64,000 nucleotides of DNA from an uncultured delta proteobacterium (GTDB taxonomy: Bacteria; Desulfobacterota; Binatia; JACPRU01). The notes under the pieces are model-generated. The model saw nothing but the letters and a program-made list of their open reading frames with translations, did not search any database and was not told the DNA's origin. The position numbers and the translations under genes are program-made. Below are positions 42,304 to 52,814 of this stretch, piece after piece; within the stretch, counting starts at the first letter, position 1; each line of letters opens with the position of its first letter. The DNA lies in the NCBI GenBank assembly GCA_963745025.1, contig CAVUWD010000011.1, positions 192,001-256,000 of the forward strand, read 5' to 3'.

Positions 42304-43911
42304 ATGGCGCAGCGCCGGCGGAAATTCTGGGGTTGGGGCTACGAGGGCGACGGCCCGAACGCCGCTCAGCGGAAAGCGATCGCCGAGGGTTTCGCCGCTC
42401 GCTTCGGCACCGGGCCGCTCGCGATCGTCGAGCCGCCCCGCCTCGAGGAGATCGATCTGCGAAGGCCGCGGCTGTCGCCGCCCGCGACGCTGGCGCCGTT
42501 TTGCTCGCAGGCATCCGAAGATCGTGCCGCGCATACCTACGGCAAAGGCTTTCGCGACGTGGTCCGCGCCTTTCGCCGCGATTATTCGAATCCGCCCGAC
42601 GCCGTCGCCTTTCCGCGGAGCGAGCCGGAGGTCGCGGCGCTCCTCGATTGGTGCTCGTCCGCGCGAGCCACGGCGATCCCGTACGGCGGCGGGTCGAGCG
42701 TGGTGGGCGGCGTCGAGCTGCCGCGCGACGATGCATACGCGGGCGCCGTATCGATCGACCTCTCGCGTCTGGATCGCGTGCTCGAGATCGATCGCGTCTC
42801 GCGCGCCGCGCGCATCCAGGCGGGTGTGCTCGGGCCTGCGCTCGAGGATCAGCTTCGCCCGCACGGGTTGACGCTCCGTCACTTCCCGCAGTCCTTCGAG
42901 TTCTCTTCGCTCGGCGGCTGGATCGCGACGCGTTCGGGCGGGCACTTCGCGACGCTCTATACGCACATCGACGACTTCGTGGAGTCGTTGCGTGCGGTGA
43001 CTCCGACGGGTGTCGTCGAGTCTCGCCGGCTTCCCGGCTCCGGCGCCGGGCCGAGTCCCGACCGGATGTTCATCGGCTCCGAGGGCATTCTCGGCGTCAT
43101 CACCGAGGCGTGGATGCGGCTCCAGGATCGGCCGAAGTTCCGAGCCGCGACCGCGGTCAAGTTCCGCGACTTTCTGGCCGGCGCGCGCGCCGTCCGGGCG
43201 ATCGCTCAGGCCGGGATCTATCCCTCCAACTGTCGGCTCCTCGATCCCGGCGAAGCGGAGAACGCAGGCGCGGGCTCGGGTATGGAAGCCGTGCTGCTGC
43301 TCGCGTTCGAATCGGCCGATCATTCTCTGGACGCGTGGATGAGCCGCGCCCTCGAGTGCGCGGCAGACCATGGCGGCAACTTTCCCGAGGGCGCGGGTCA
43401 GACGAAGACTGCAGGTGACGCCGCGCGCGACGGCGCAGCGGGCGCGTGGCGGCAGTCGTTCCTCGGCGCTCCGTACCTCCGCGATGCCCTCGTCGGCATG
43501 GGTATCCTCACCGAGACTTTCGAGACTGCGATCACTTGGGACCGCTTCGAGCGATTCCACGCCGAGATCATGTCCACCGCGGAAGACGCGGTGAAGCGAG
43601 TGTGCGGCGCGGGGCGGGTCACCGCGCGATTCACCCACGCCTATCCCGACGGCCCGGCGCCCTACTACACGATACTCGCCCCGAGCCGGCTCTCGAACCA
43701 GATCGAGCAGTGGGCAGAGATCAAACAGGCCGCATCCGACTGCCTAATGCGTCTCGGCGGCACGATCACGCATCATCACTCGGTCGGCCGCGATCATCGT
43801 CCCTGGTACGACGTCCAGCGCCCGGAGGGGTTCGCCCGCGCACTGCGCGCGGCAAAGCGAGCACTCGATCCACAGGCGATTCTCAATCCCGGCGTGCTGA
43901 TCGACCCTTGA
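42304..43911 (+). CDS. FAD-linked oxidase (alkyl-DHAP synthase-like)
   Basis: PYGGGSSVVGG, HFPQSFEFSSLGGWIATRSGG, GSEGILGVITE, THHHSVG, LNPG. Confidence 0.9.
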   Translation: MAQRRRKFWGWGYEGDGPNAAQRKAIAEGFAARFGTGPLAIVEPPRLEEIDLRRPRLSPPATLAPFCSQASEDRAAHTYGKGFRDVVRAFRRDYSNPPDAVAFPRSEPEVAALLDWCSSARATAIPYGGGSSVVGGVELPRDDAYAGAVSIDLSRLDRVLEIDRVSRAARIQAGVLGPALEDQLRPHGLTLRHFPQSFEFSSLGGWIATRSGGHFATLYTHIDDFVESLRAVTPTGVVESRRLPGSGAGPSPDRMFIGSEGILGVITEAWMRLQDRPKFRAATAVKFRDFLAGARAVRAIAQAGIYPSNCRLLDPGEAENAGAGSGMEAVLLLAFESADHSLDAWMSRALECAADHGGNFPEGAGQTKTAGDAARDGAAGAWRQSFLGAPYLRDALVGMGILTETFETAITWDRFERFHAEIMSTAEDAVKRVCGAGRVTARFTHAYPDGPAPYYTILAPSRLSNQIEQWAEIKQAASDCLMRLGGTITHHHSVGRDHRPWYDVQRPEGFARALRAAKRALDPQAILNPGVLIDP

Positions 43912-43968
43912 CAGGCCCCTCGCCATAGGAGTCGATTATCCGCCCCAACCCAGCCAGGAGGTAGAGCG

Positions 43969-44169
43969 ATGGCCGTAGCACGTGTATCGAGAGTGATTTC
44001 TTCATCGACGAAGGGTTTTCAGGACGCGGTGGACACTGCGGTCAAGCGCGCGACCAAGACGCTTCGCGGTGTCACCGGCGGCGAGATCACCTCTTCGAAG
44101 GTGAAGATCGAGAACGGCAAGATCACCGAGTACCGCGTGGAGATGGACCTCATCTTCATCCTCGAGTGA
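43969..44169 (+). CDS. Dodecin family protein
   Basis: SSTKGFQDAV...RATKTLR...GKITEYRV; AGGAGG RBS. Confidence 0.85.
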   Translation: MAVARVSRVISSSTKGFQDAVDTAVKRATKTLRGVTGGEITSSKVKIENGKITEYRVEMDLIFILE

Positions 44170-44294
44170 GGCGCGCCCGTATCGCCCGCCGCCGCGAACG
44201 CCTCTAATCGAGCGTTCGCGGCGGCTTTCTCGGAGTGCGGCCCATCGATCGCCTGGGCGACGAGAGGCATGTCGAACCTAGGCCGGCCGGGCCA

Positions 44295-44630
44295 TCGTCG
44301 CGACTGGCGCCGAACGGCGGGCTCGGCTTCGAGGCTTCGCGTGCCTTTGCCGCCGGCGGCCGTGTGATTTTGGCCTGCCGCCGCGCAGCCAAGGCAGAGA
44401 GTCGCGGCAGAGAATTCTGACCGAGCAGCATGGTGCGAGCGTCGAGGTCATGACGCTCGGTCTCGCGAGCCTCGCCTCCGTTCGGCGGTTCGCGGGAGAA
44501 GCTGGCGACACGGACGAACGAGCTTCATGTCCTCTGCAACAACGCGAGCGTAATGGCGCTTCCGCGCCGCAAGACGGCGAAACGCTTCGAGATGGATCAC
44601 CTGGGCCACTTCGCACTCACCGGGCTCGAG
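44295..44630 (+). pseudogene. Decayed retinol-dehydrogenase-like SDR
   Basis: Across shifting frames: TG(A)NGGLGFEASRAF..VILACR, LASLASVRRFA, NNASVMALP, HLGHFALTG. Confidence 0.7.
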
Positions 44631-44754
44631 CCCGTCGTGCGCGCCCGCGATCCCGAGCTGGCCGACCAGCGCTCGGCACCTGAGCGCTGCGCGCGCGGTC
44701 GGCGATCACGATTGCGGTCCGCTGCGAATGTGGCTAAAGGCGTTCACGGCGCAT

Positions 44755-44828
44755 GGTCGCATAGCTCAGCTGGTTAGAGCGCCTGCCTCACATGCAGGAG
44801 GTCCCTGGTTCGAGTCCAGGTGCGACCA
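44755..44828 (+). tRNA. tRNA-Val(CAC)
   Basis: Acceptor GGTCGCA/TGCGACC, D-arm GCTC..GAGC, anticodon stem CCTGC/GCAGG with CAC at 44789-44791, T-loop GGTTCGAGTCC; CCA not encoded. Confidence 0.95.
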
Positions 44829-45120
44829 TCAAAAAAATGGCCTTCAATAGAGCCTTTATGCGTGTTCGCCACGGCCGTCACTTTGGATCAAGAGATGATG
44901 GGGCTACGCCGGGGCTACAGACCCGGAAACAGTCCAGGTCGCGCGGCCGCTCGCAAGGGGGAAGCGACCTTCACCTTCTGCTTCTAAGGCGAAGCTCGAC
45001 CACGAACCGGATCGGGGCCCTTGCCCCTCATCCCCAGCTTGCGCGGGCCGTAGTCGTCGAGCCGGGTGCGACCGTCAACCATACGAACGTCGCCGTGACG
45101 GACGATCTCTGAGCGAGCCG

Positions 45121-46110
45121 TCAGAGGGCGCCGCGGGCCTCCAGGTCGTCCATGAAGCGCACGACAAGCTGCGCGATCTCGACGGGCTTCTCCTCCACGG
45201 CGAAGTGGCCAGCATCGATCAGGTGGAGCTCGGCATGCGGGAGGTCCCGGAGGTATGCGCGCGCCCCCGCCGGAACGAAGACCGGGTCGTGCTCGCCCCA
45301 CACGATGAGCGTCGGCGGCTGGCGGGCGCGGAGGAATTCCTGCCAGCGCGGATAGGCGTCGAGGTTCGTCTGGTAGTCCTGGAAGAGCTCGACCTGGATC
45401 AGGCGATCCTCGGGCGTCGCCAGGCGTGCGATGTCGTGCGCCCACGCGTCGGGGCTCATGCGCGCCCGTTTCTCGCCGGGGACGTCGCGGAGGTATTGCC
45501 GGTCGCGAATGGCGTCGTCGCTCACCACCTTGGCCACGGCCGCCACACCGGCCTCCGACCGGTCATCGTGCGCGCGCCGGAAAAACGCCCGCCGATCGTC
45601 GGCGACGCCTTCGAGATACGCGTTCGCGTTCTGCACGACGAGCCCGCGAACCCGCTCCGGGTGTGCGAGCGCGACCCGGAATCCAACGGGCGCGCCGAAG
45701 TCCTGCATGTAGAGCACGTAGCGATCAACGTGAAGCACGTCGGCGAGGCCGGTGACGTACTCGGCGAGGAGATCGAACGTGAACGTGATCTCGCGCGGAT
45801 TCGGGTGCTCGCTGAAGCCGGACCCGAGATTGTCGGGCGCCACGACATGGTAGCGGCCTGACAGGAGCGGGATCAGCTCGCGATAAGCGTGCGAGGATGA
45901 CGGGTAGCCATGGAGCAGGAGCAGCGTCGGCCGGTCGGGTGCGCCCGCTTCGCGGTAGAAGATGCGCCGCCCCCGCACGTCAGCGGTACGGTAGTACGTC
46001 TTCGCCGGCCAGACCGCAGGCGGAACCGGCGACGGGGCCTCCACGTGGCAGGCAGCGACGGCGAGCACGACCAGCACGAGCGGCAGGAGCGAAGACGTGC
46101 GCATCGTCAT
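45121..46110 (-). CDS. Alpha/beta hydrolase (epoxide hydrolase-like) with lipoprotein signal
   Basis: LVVLAVAA-C; LLHGYPSSS, MQDFG (Asp nucleophile), WGEHD, AGHFA. Confidence 0.88.
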   Translation of the reverse strand: MTMRTSSLLPLVLVVLAVAACHVEAPSPVPPAVWPAKTYYRTADVRGRRIFYREAGAPDRPTLLLLHGYPSSSHAYRELIPLLSGRYHVVAPDNLGSGFSEHPNPREITFTFDLLAEYVTGLADVLHVDRYVLYMQDFGAPVGFRVALAHPERVRGLVVQNANAYLEGVADDRRAFFRRAHDDRSEAGVAAVAKVVSDDAIRDRQYLRDVPGEKRARMSPDAWAHDIARLATPEDRLIQVELFQDYQTNLDAYPRWQEFLRARQPPTLIVWGEHDPVFVPAGARAYLRDLPHAELHLIDAGHFAVEEKPVEIAQLVVRFMDDLEARGAL

Positions 46111-46383
46111 GAGGCCTTCTTCCGAGCCCCTTTTGGGTATCGTGCGCGGCATCGTCAAGGTCGCGCGGCGGGCCATTGTCGAGTGGGCCCAGGCCTGCCG
46201 GCGATACCTGCTCCGCAGGGCCCGGACGAAGACGTGCAGCACCATAGTGGGGTGTGAGCGGTAGACTCGGGCGCGCGAAGAACTGCTAGAGTTTCCTGGT
46301 TTCCGCTGTGGCCGCCGCGCACTCAATCGCGAACACGCCAGGCCGTCGGCGGCGCGTTGTCGTGTGACGTCGTATAGTGCCGC

Positions 46384-47211
46384 ATGATCGTTCATCTCGT
46401 CGACGGCACGTACGAGCTGTTCCGCCACTTCTACGGCCTTCGCCGTTTCCACAAGGGAGAGGACCCACCCTTCGGCGCTCTGATCGGCGTGCTGCACACG
46501 GTGTTGCAGATGATCGAGAAGGGGGCGACTCACCTCGGTGTAGCGACCGATCACGTCATCGAGTCCTTCCGCAATCGTCTTTGGGCTGGCTACAAGACGG
46601 GGGAAGGCATCGAGCCCGCGCTCCTCGCGCAATTCCACCCGCTCGAAGAAGCTCTCGCCGCGATGGGAGTCGCTGTGTGGCCCATGATCGAGCTCGAGGC
46701 CGACGACGCGCTTGCCTCGGCCGCCCAGATCGCCTCCGCAAATGAGGGCGTGGAGAAAGTCTGCATCTGGACGCCCGACAAGGACCTGGCGCAGTGCGTC
46801 CGCGGCGACCGAGTGGTGCAGGTAGACCGCAGAGGGCAGAAGATCCGTAACGCGGAAGGAGTTCGCGAGAAGTTCGGCGTGGACCCTCCCTTGATTCCCG
46901 ACTTCCTTGCCCTCGTCGGCGACAGTGCAGACGGGTATCCAGGAATTCCGGGATTGGGTCCGATCACGGCGGCACGGCTCCTGAATCGACACGGCATCAT
47001 AGAGGCCTTCCCGCCTGCCGTACTCGGCGACAGCCGAGACTTGGCGCTGCTCTTCAAGGATCTAGCCACGCTCCGGACCGACGCGCGTCTCTTCGGCGAT
47101 GTGGACGAGCTTCGATGGCGCGGCCCCACCACCGCGTTCACCGCGTTTGCGGAGCAGCTCGGAGACGTTCGTCTGCTAGAGCGCTGTCTCAGGGCACAAG
47201 TATCCACCTAG
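46384..47211 (+). CDS. Stand-alone 5'-3' exonuclease/flap endonuclease
   Basis: LVDGT, EADDALAS, DKDLAQ, LVGDSADGYPGIPGLG (H3TH). Confidence 0.9.
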   Translation: MIVHLVDGTYELFRHFYGLRRFHKGEDPPFGALIGVLHTVLQMIEKGATHLGVATDHVIESFRNRLWAGYKTGEGIEPALLAQFHPLEEALAAMGVAVWPMIELEADDALASAAQIASANEGVEKVCIWTPDKDLAQCVRGDRVVQVDRRGQKIRNAEGVREKFGVDPPLIPDFLALVGDSADGYPGIPGLGPITAARLLNRHGIIEAFPPAVLGDSRDLALLFKDLATLRTDARLFGDVDELRWRGPTTAFTAFAEQLGDVRLLERCLRAQVST

Positions 47212-47244
47212 CGAACCCAAGACTTCGAACCGCACCTTGGACAT

Positions 47245-47500
47245 CGAGAGCTCTCCTGCGTTGTAGAGCAGCACATCGACTTCGCCAATCGCGCTTCTGG
47301 TACGTGCGAACGCCGAACGAATCTCCTCGGCTTTGCTGACGTCGACCGGGATGGCGATCGCTCGACCGCCGGCCGCCGTGAGTTCTCCAGCGAGTTGCTG
47401 GAGCGACGACGCGGAGCTTGTAGAGCCAGGGGCGTGAGGCTGCTTCGGCCTCGAGGCGGCTGACGAGTTGGCGGAGCTCCTTCGGGGACATCGCGGCCAT
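47245..47500 (-). pseudogene. Chimeric remnants: M48-peptidase-like N-terminus joined to an SDR fragment
   Basis: LVSRLEAEAASRPWLYKLRV, then in another frame ELTAAGGRAIAIPVDVS...VDVLLYNAG. Confidence 0.5.
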
Positions 47501-47581
47501 GGTGGAGCACAGCCGTGTACGTCCGCAACATCGATCGGCCGCACGGGACCTTGCCCGCTCGCTACTCTACCGCGTGGGACC

Positions 47582-48049
47582 CTAAAGACGGATCGTAGAC
47601 GGGCCAGATAACTCAAGCTTCCGCAACTCTTCGCGACACGCCTCGCTGAACTCCCGTAAAGGATCCATCGCCTGTTTATTCTTAAGCGTCGCGGCTAAGT
47701 CGCGAAGCGTGATGTTCGGCCCGAGATACGTATCGATAATCACTTGCATGATCCTGTCCGCGCTTTCGATGACCGGCGGCGATGACCGAACGCGCATCCG
47801 GCTCACGAGAGCGTACAGCCTCACGAGCCTCGATGTATCTGCCTGATCATGCTCGAGGGCGTCCGCGTAAAGTGTTGAGGTTTCTTCGATGAAGTCCTTG
47901 TACAGGTCTTCGCGCGTGGCGACGTCGTGTGCAATTTGTTGCGCTCTGACTTGTGTGCGCTGGGTCAGCCACGATGCCGTCAAAGACGTAAGCCCACCGA
48001 TCGCTGATCCTGCCAGCGCGGCGAATGCGGAAGCGTATGCCGGGTCCAT
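47582..48049 (-). CDS. Hypothetical protein with N-terminal membrane anchor
   Basis: GGGGAGGAG RBS; SAFAALAGSAIGGLTSL hydrophobic N-terminus; helical body. Confidence 0.7.
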   Translation of the reverse strand: MDPAYASAFAALAGSAIGGLTSLTASWLTQRTQVRAQQIAHDVATREDLYKDFIEETSTLYADALEHDQADTSRLVRLYALVSRMRVRSSPPVIESADRIMQVIIDTYLGPNITLRDLAATLKNKQAMDPLREFSEACREELRKLELSGPSTIRL

Positions 48050-48389
48050 ACTATGTCTCCTCCCCCTTCACTGCGAACGCGACACTGAGCGGCGCTGCTG
48101 GAAGGAGTCTCGCGAGCGCTCGAAGATGTCCGTCAGCTGCTTCGCCATGGGGCTAGTAACTATAAGCGGCCGAGTTGTATCATAAGACGGGCGATCTCGG
48201 ACGCTACGGATTCCTCCTTACCGCCCGCTTTTACGGGTGCGGATAAGGCGCCCGTCAAGCTGGACGACGCCCGGACGAGCCAGGCGTGGGCGATCAAGCG
48301 GACGTCGGCGGCCCAACGCCCCGTCGAGGCCGGGCCTTGGCGATCGCCCAGCTGCTCGCGTACGAGTCGCTCGGCCTCTGTCCGCGCTG

Positions 48390-48665
48390 GCAAGGGGCGA
48401 GGTACTATGGCATCGGAGTGCGGTGGCGCGGCTCCTCGACGTGACGCTGCACGACCGCCCGGCTCTCCTCACGATCTGCCGCGTCGGCCCGATGCCCCAG
48501 TTCACAGGCGTCACCTTCGCGCTGCCGCATGTGGTGAGCGGCCGCGGCGCCGGCGCGACGGTTGCGCCGCGGCTGAACAACGTCGAACAGAAGTCCCTGC
48601 AGGAGAGCGCGTCTGTCGTGCGCGAGGCGATCGACTCGCTGCAACAGGTGCCCGGCTTCGCGTGA
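48390..48665 (+). pseudogene. L-lactate dehydrogenase C-terminal remnant
   Basis: Frameshifted GKG..YYGIG/SAVARLLDVTLHD...GVTFALPHVV...EQKSLQESASVVREAI. Confidence 0.6.
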
Positions 48666-48667
48666 CA

Positions 48668-49985
48668 ATGCAACGGCTTCCCACCGAGGAAGACCTGAGC
48701 CGCCCCCCGACGGAGGAGGAGGTGGACCGGCTCCAGGTGACCACACTGCAGTACTATCTGCACGAGACCAACCCGGCCACCGGTCTGATCCGCGACAAGA
48801 CCGACCCCAGCGCCCCCGCCAGCATCGCTGCAGTGGGCCTTGGCTTGGCGAACATCCCGGTCCTCGTCGACCGGGGCGTGATCGCGCGCGAGTTCGCTCC
48901 CGAGGTCGCGCTTCGCGGACTACGCTTCTTCCGCGACAGCCCGCAGGGCCCCGAGCCCGATGCCACGGGCTACCGGGGCTTCTACTACCACTTCCTCGAC
49001 ATGAAGACCGGCCGCCGGGTGTGGAACTGCGAGCTGTCGACGATCGACTCGACCTTCCTGTTCGCCGGGATGCTCACCTGCGCGGCATACTTCGACGCAG
49101 ACACCGCAGAGGAGGCCGAGGTCCGGCGGGTGGCCGACGATCTCTACCGCCGGGCGGACTGGCAGTGGGCGCTAGCCGGCGGTGCGGCCGTCTCCCACGG
49201 CTGGCGGCCCGAAACGGGGTTCATCCTCCACACCTGGACCGGGTACGACGAGGCGCTGCTGATCTACCTGCTCGGCCTCGGCTCACCAACCTTTCCCTTG
49301 CCGCCCGAGAGCTACGCGGCCTACTGCTCGACGTACCAGTGGAAGACGATCTACGACGCGCGAGGTCCTCTACTCGGGGCCGCTGTTCACACACCAGCTC
49401 TCGCACCTCTGGATCGATTTTCGCGGCATCCAGGACGCGTTCATGCGCAGCCACGGCAGCGACTACTTCGAGAACACTCGCCAGGCGACCTACATCCAGC
49501 AGGAATACGCGCGGCGGAACCCGCTCGAGTTCGCCGGCTACGGTGAATACTGCTGGGGCATCACCGCGAGCGACGGCCCCGGCTTCGAGCAGCGGCGCAT
49601 GAACGGCATCGAGCGGAAGTTCTACGGCTACCAGGCCCGCGGCGCGCCTTACGGTCCCGACGACGGGACGGTGTCGCCGTGGGTGGTGGCCGCCTCGCTC
49701 CCCTTCGCCCCGGAGATCGTGATCCCCACGCTGCGCGCCATGGTCGGCATCGACTTCGGGACAACCATTCGGTACGGCTTCTGGCCGTCGTTCAACCCGA
49801 CCTACGCGGTGCCGGACAGCCCGACGGGCTGGTGGATCACCCCCTACCACTTCGGGATCGACCAGGGCCCGGTTAGTCTCATGGTCGAGAACTACCGCAC
49901 CGGTCTCATCTGGAACATCATGCGCCGCTGCCCCTACGTCGTGGCAGGACTGCGGCGGGCGGGCTTCCAGGGCGGTTGGCTCTGA
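48668..49985 (+). pseudogene. Glycoamylase-family (beta-1,2-glucanase-like) gene with one frameshift near 49357
   Basis: SIAAVG, GFYYHFLD, ELSTIDS, GWRPE, GYDEA, then after a 1-nt shift YSGPLFTHQLSHLWIDFRG, WGITASDGP, GIDQGP. Confidence 0.8.
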
Positions 49986-50328
49986 AGACGCCCGTTCGCT
50001 ACCACGGCCTCCACTGCGGAAAGGCGATCGTCATACCGTCGGATCGTGGTCTGACGAGCCATCGGGGCGTCGTATCGATAGGCAGCTGAGCGGCACCACG
50101 ATCGAGGAGCCGTTGCGGGGACGGCATCAAGGCAGGCTCTGCAGAAGCTTCTCGTCGATCGGGTGCGAGGGGATAGTCCCTTCGGGCCTCTTCTCGCAAG
50201 GGAAACCCGGGGAGGCCAGAAGACGGCGACGATCGGGCTCGGAGCTGCACGGTTAAACCGTTCCGTGAATCTCGGGCTTGCAACGAGCGTCATCAGATGC
50301 GGGAACGCTCGCGCACTTCGCGCAACGG

Positions 50329-50706
50329 CTACTGGTAGGCGTAGAAGTCAATCGCCACGTGTTGTGGGTCGTTCGGATCTACTCGAACGGGAATCACTCT
50401 TTCGGGCTGAAACTGCGGAACATCGAGCCGAGAGATCAGCGCCTTTTTGATCGTTGCGATGTACGGCGCGCGGCCTTCCGTCGTCACTTCGACTCGCAGC
50501 CCGATTACGGGATCGTTGTTGACGGTCATGCCGGTATCCCAGATCTTCAAAATGGTCGCGCGCGCGGGGAGTCCGGTTTGCTGCAACTCCTTCGCATCCG
50601 ACACACCGCTCCAGTTGTCGATCAATCCGCAAGCGACCAAGCTCACCGCCAGCAGCGCGGCAGCCAGTCCGTCAAGGTGTCGAATCGTCTTTCGGTTTGC
50701 CCTCAA
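50329..50706 (-). CDS. Hypothetical lipoprotein (OB-fold-like)
   Basis: LLAVSLVA-C lipobox; GLPARATIL...TGMTVNNDP...VRVDPNDP. Confidence 0.7.
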   Translation of the reverse strand: MRANRKTIRHLDGLAAALLAVSLVACGLIDNWSGVSDAKELQQTGLPARATILKIWDTGMTVNNDPVIGLRVEVTTEGRAPYIATIKKALISRLDVPQFQPERVIPVRVDPNDPQHVAIDFYAYQ

Positions 50707-50892
50707 CGGTCGATACAGTCAAAGACGTAGATCGCTCGTTACTCAGATGTGCGTAGCAGAGCGTTCAATCGAAGTGCCATCGTGGGTCCGTTCGTCCCCT
50801 CATTTTGAGCCGACCCTTATCGTGGCCGAAGAGGATCGTCCTTTCACCGCCAAGCTGATCGATTACCGCGGCGACGTCCGATGCCAGATCGG

Positions 50893-52059
50893 CTATTCGG
50901 CCACGAATGCGAAGCGCGGATCGGCCGCACGCACGTAGGCCTCCTCGAGCCCCAGTTCCCGTCGCACGATATTGGCGCCGAGAACCAGGGACACGCACTT
51001 GTAAAAGGCGATTCGGCGCGACAGACCCTCGCGGCCAAAGCCGCAGTCGGCGCTGATGACCAGCCGCTCGGGCGGAATCGAATCGAGCGCCCGGCGGATC
51101 GTGTCCGCGACCATCTCCGGTGACTCCACCGTCGTGCGTGTATGGTCGACGACGCCGATAGCGATCTTCTTGTCGGTCTTGACGTTCTTCAGTAGCGCCG
51201 CGTCGCGCGCTTGGTTGCTGCCGCCTTCGAGCATCAGGACGTCGCAGTTCATCTCGAGGAAATAGGGCAGCGCGCGTGCATAGCTCGGCCGGTCCCAGTA
51301 GAAGCTCTGCTGGTTCGGATTTCCCCAGCAGGTATGCGCCCAGATCTCGGTGTTCACTCCCTCGACCTGGCGGTTGAAGGCGGCGGTGTAAAACTCGAGG
51401 TCGCGGTCGCTGCACGGATGCTGCGCGTTGCAGCTGAAATGATGGATCGGCTCCTCGATCTGGATGACGGGACACCCCGCGGCCGCGAGCTCACGGTATT
51501 CCTCGTTGAGCGCTGCGGCGATGTCCATGATGAGAGCGTGATCGTCCTTGTAGTGCTCGTCCCACAGCATGAGCGGCAGACAGGTCGCACAGATAGAACC
51601 GAACTTGACCGGACGTGTGCTCATCTTCTGGGCGGTCTTCCAGATCGCGGTGAACTGCAACGGCCCACGCGTGATCCGGCCGATCACCGACGGCGGATGG
51701 TAGGCCTCTTGCACCTCGTAGAGGATGTGTCCCGGTTTCAAGTCGCCATAGTCGAGGAAATGCGACGACGCATGGAAACCCGTGATGCCGTTGAGGCGCT
51801 CTATGGTGTAGAAGAACCAGGAGCGGCCGCCAACTTCAAGGTCGAAGCGCGTGTCGCCGTCGGTGAGAATGTCGAGCCCCGCGCGTTCCTGCTCGCTCAC
51901 GTAGCACGCCACCGAATCCAGGTACTGTTCGCGGTACTGCGAGTCGCCCATCGCGACCATGAACGGACGCCCGTGGAGGTTCTGGTTGAACCACGATGGT
52001 TTGGGAAACGAGCCGACCATTGCGGTCGGCAGGATCTTGTCTTTGGTAGCGACCAACAT
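50893..52059 (-). CDS. Cobalamin-independent methionine synthase II family protein
   Basis: VGSFPKP, GLDILTDG, IQIEEP, HTCWGN, SADCG (Zn ligands); AAAGGAG RBS. Confidence 0.88.
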   Translation of the reverse strand: MLVATKDKILPTAMVGSFPKPSWFNQNLHGRPFMVAMGDSQYREQYLDSVACYVSEQERAGLDILTDGDTRFDLEVGGRSWFFYTIERLNGITGFHASSHFLDYGDLKPGHILYEVQEAYHPPSVIGRITRGPLQFTAIWKTAQKMSTRPVKFGSICATCLPLMLWDEHYKDDHALIMDIAAALNEEYRELAAAGCPVIQIEEPIHHFSCNAQHPCSDRDLEFYTAAFNRQVEGVNTEIWAHTCWGNPNQQSFYWDRPSYARALPYFLEMNCDVLMLEGGSNQARDAALLKNVKTDKKIAIGVVDHTRTTVESPEMVADTIRRALDSIPPERLVISADCGFGREGLSRRIAFYKCVSLVLGANIVRRELGLEEAYVRAADPRFAFVAE

Positions 52060-52486
52060 TGCGTGTTCTCCTTTGCGTCGCGAATCTCCCGAGGTCGCGC
52101 ACATCCAGGAATCGCTAGTCTTCTTCCAGCCCGTCCCGCATGGCCCGTCGAACCATCCCTCCGCTTCTGTTCAGGGGTGCGCCGCACTCACCGCAGAACT
52201 TTTCCGCTCGCGCTTTCGAAACTGCAGGCCGGGCAACGCATAATTCTTGGCTCGACGGCCGAGGCCGAGAGCTGATGCTCTCGAATAGACCCTTGGCGCG
52301 CTGCGCTTCAAGGGTGGCCGATCAGTAGTAAGGTCACCAGCCGGCTGGCAAGCCAACGAGGTTCACCCTTAGACACTAAGGTGAAGTTTCGCGACTCGAA
52401 TTGGCCATCGTTGCGACTCAGACGAGGGCGTAGACCTCCACCTCGGCGATCCGGCCCTTCACCTTCACGGCCGGCAGCGGGCGCAG

Positions 52487-52564
52487 GAGGACAGCTGGGA
52501 TAAGCGGCCGAGTTGTAAAGCCTCCATATCCGACGCTGCCCAAACACGAGACGCCCCGTTTCTA
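52487..52564. repeat. ~78-bp direct repeat, copy 1
   Basis: Near-identical to 54957-55036 (AGCTGGGATAAGCGGCCGA...TATCCGACGCTGCCCAAACACGAGACGCCCCGTTTCTA). Confidence 0.9.
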
Positions 52565-52757
52565 GGCAAAAAACTTTGCCCATTCAGGCAATAACCACGC
52601 GGTGGGGGAACCACGCTGTCCCTCAATCGAACGTCTTGGCAACAGCGGCACCGATTCTGCACCCGTGCGAGCGACCTCTCGGCAAGATCGCGCGTTCCTG
52701 TGAAGTTGCTTTGGAACGTAAACGCCGCGCCACACCGGCGCGTCCGGCGCACCGGCC

Positions 52758-52814
52758 CCTCAACGTTCGGGTCAGCGGCGGGCGAAGCGAGTCCGTTGCA
52801 GCCCGGGGTTAGGC
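52758..52814 (-). mobile_element. Integron attC site
   Basis: Minus strand GCCTAAC-cccgggctgcaacggactcgcttcgcccgccgctgacccgaac-GTTGAGG; the upstream gene's TAA lies inside R''. Confidence 0.8.

Noticed and set aside
45121-46992. 623-aa hydrolase with a long N-terminal extension
   Set aside because: The extension is antisense to the exonuclease; a signal peptide begins at 46110/46104
50250-50770. Lipoprotein gene as another integron cassette
   Set aside because: A GTTGAGG lies at its 5' end, but I found no convincing RYYYAAC/attC after the stop
50893-52059. Epoxyalkane:coenzyme M transferase call
   Set aside because: Same superfamily, but no alkene or CoM genes nearby; only the family-level call is supportable
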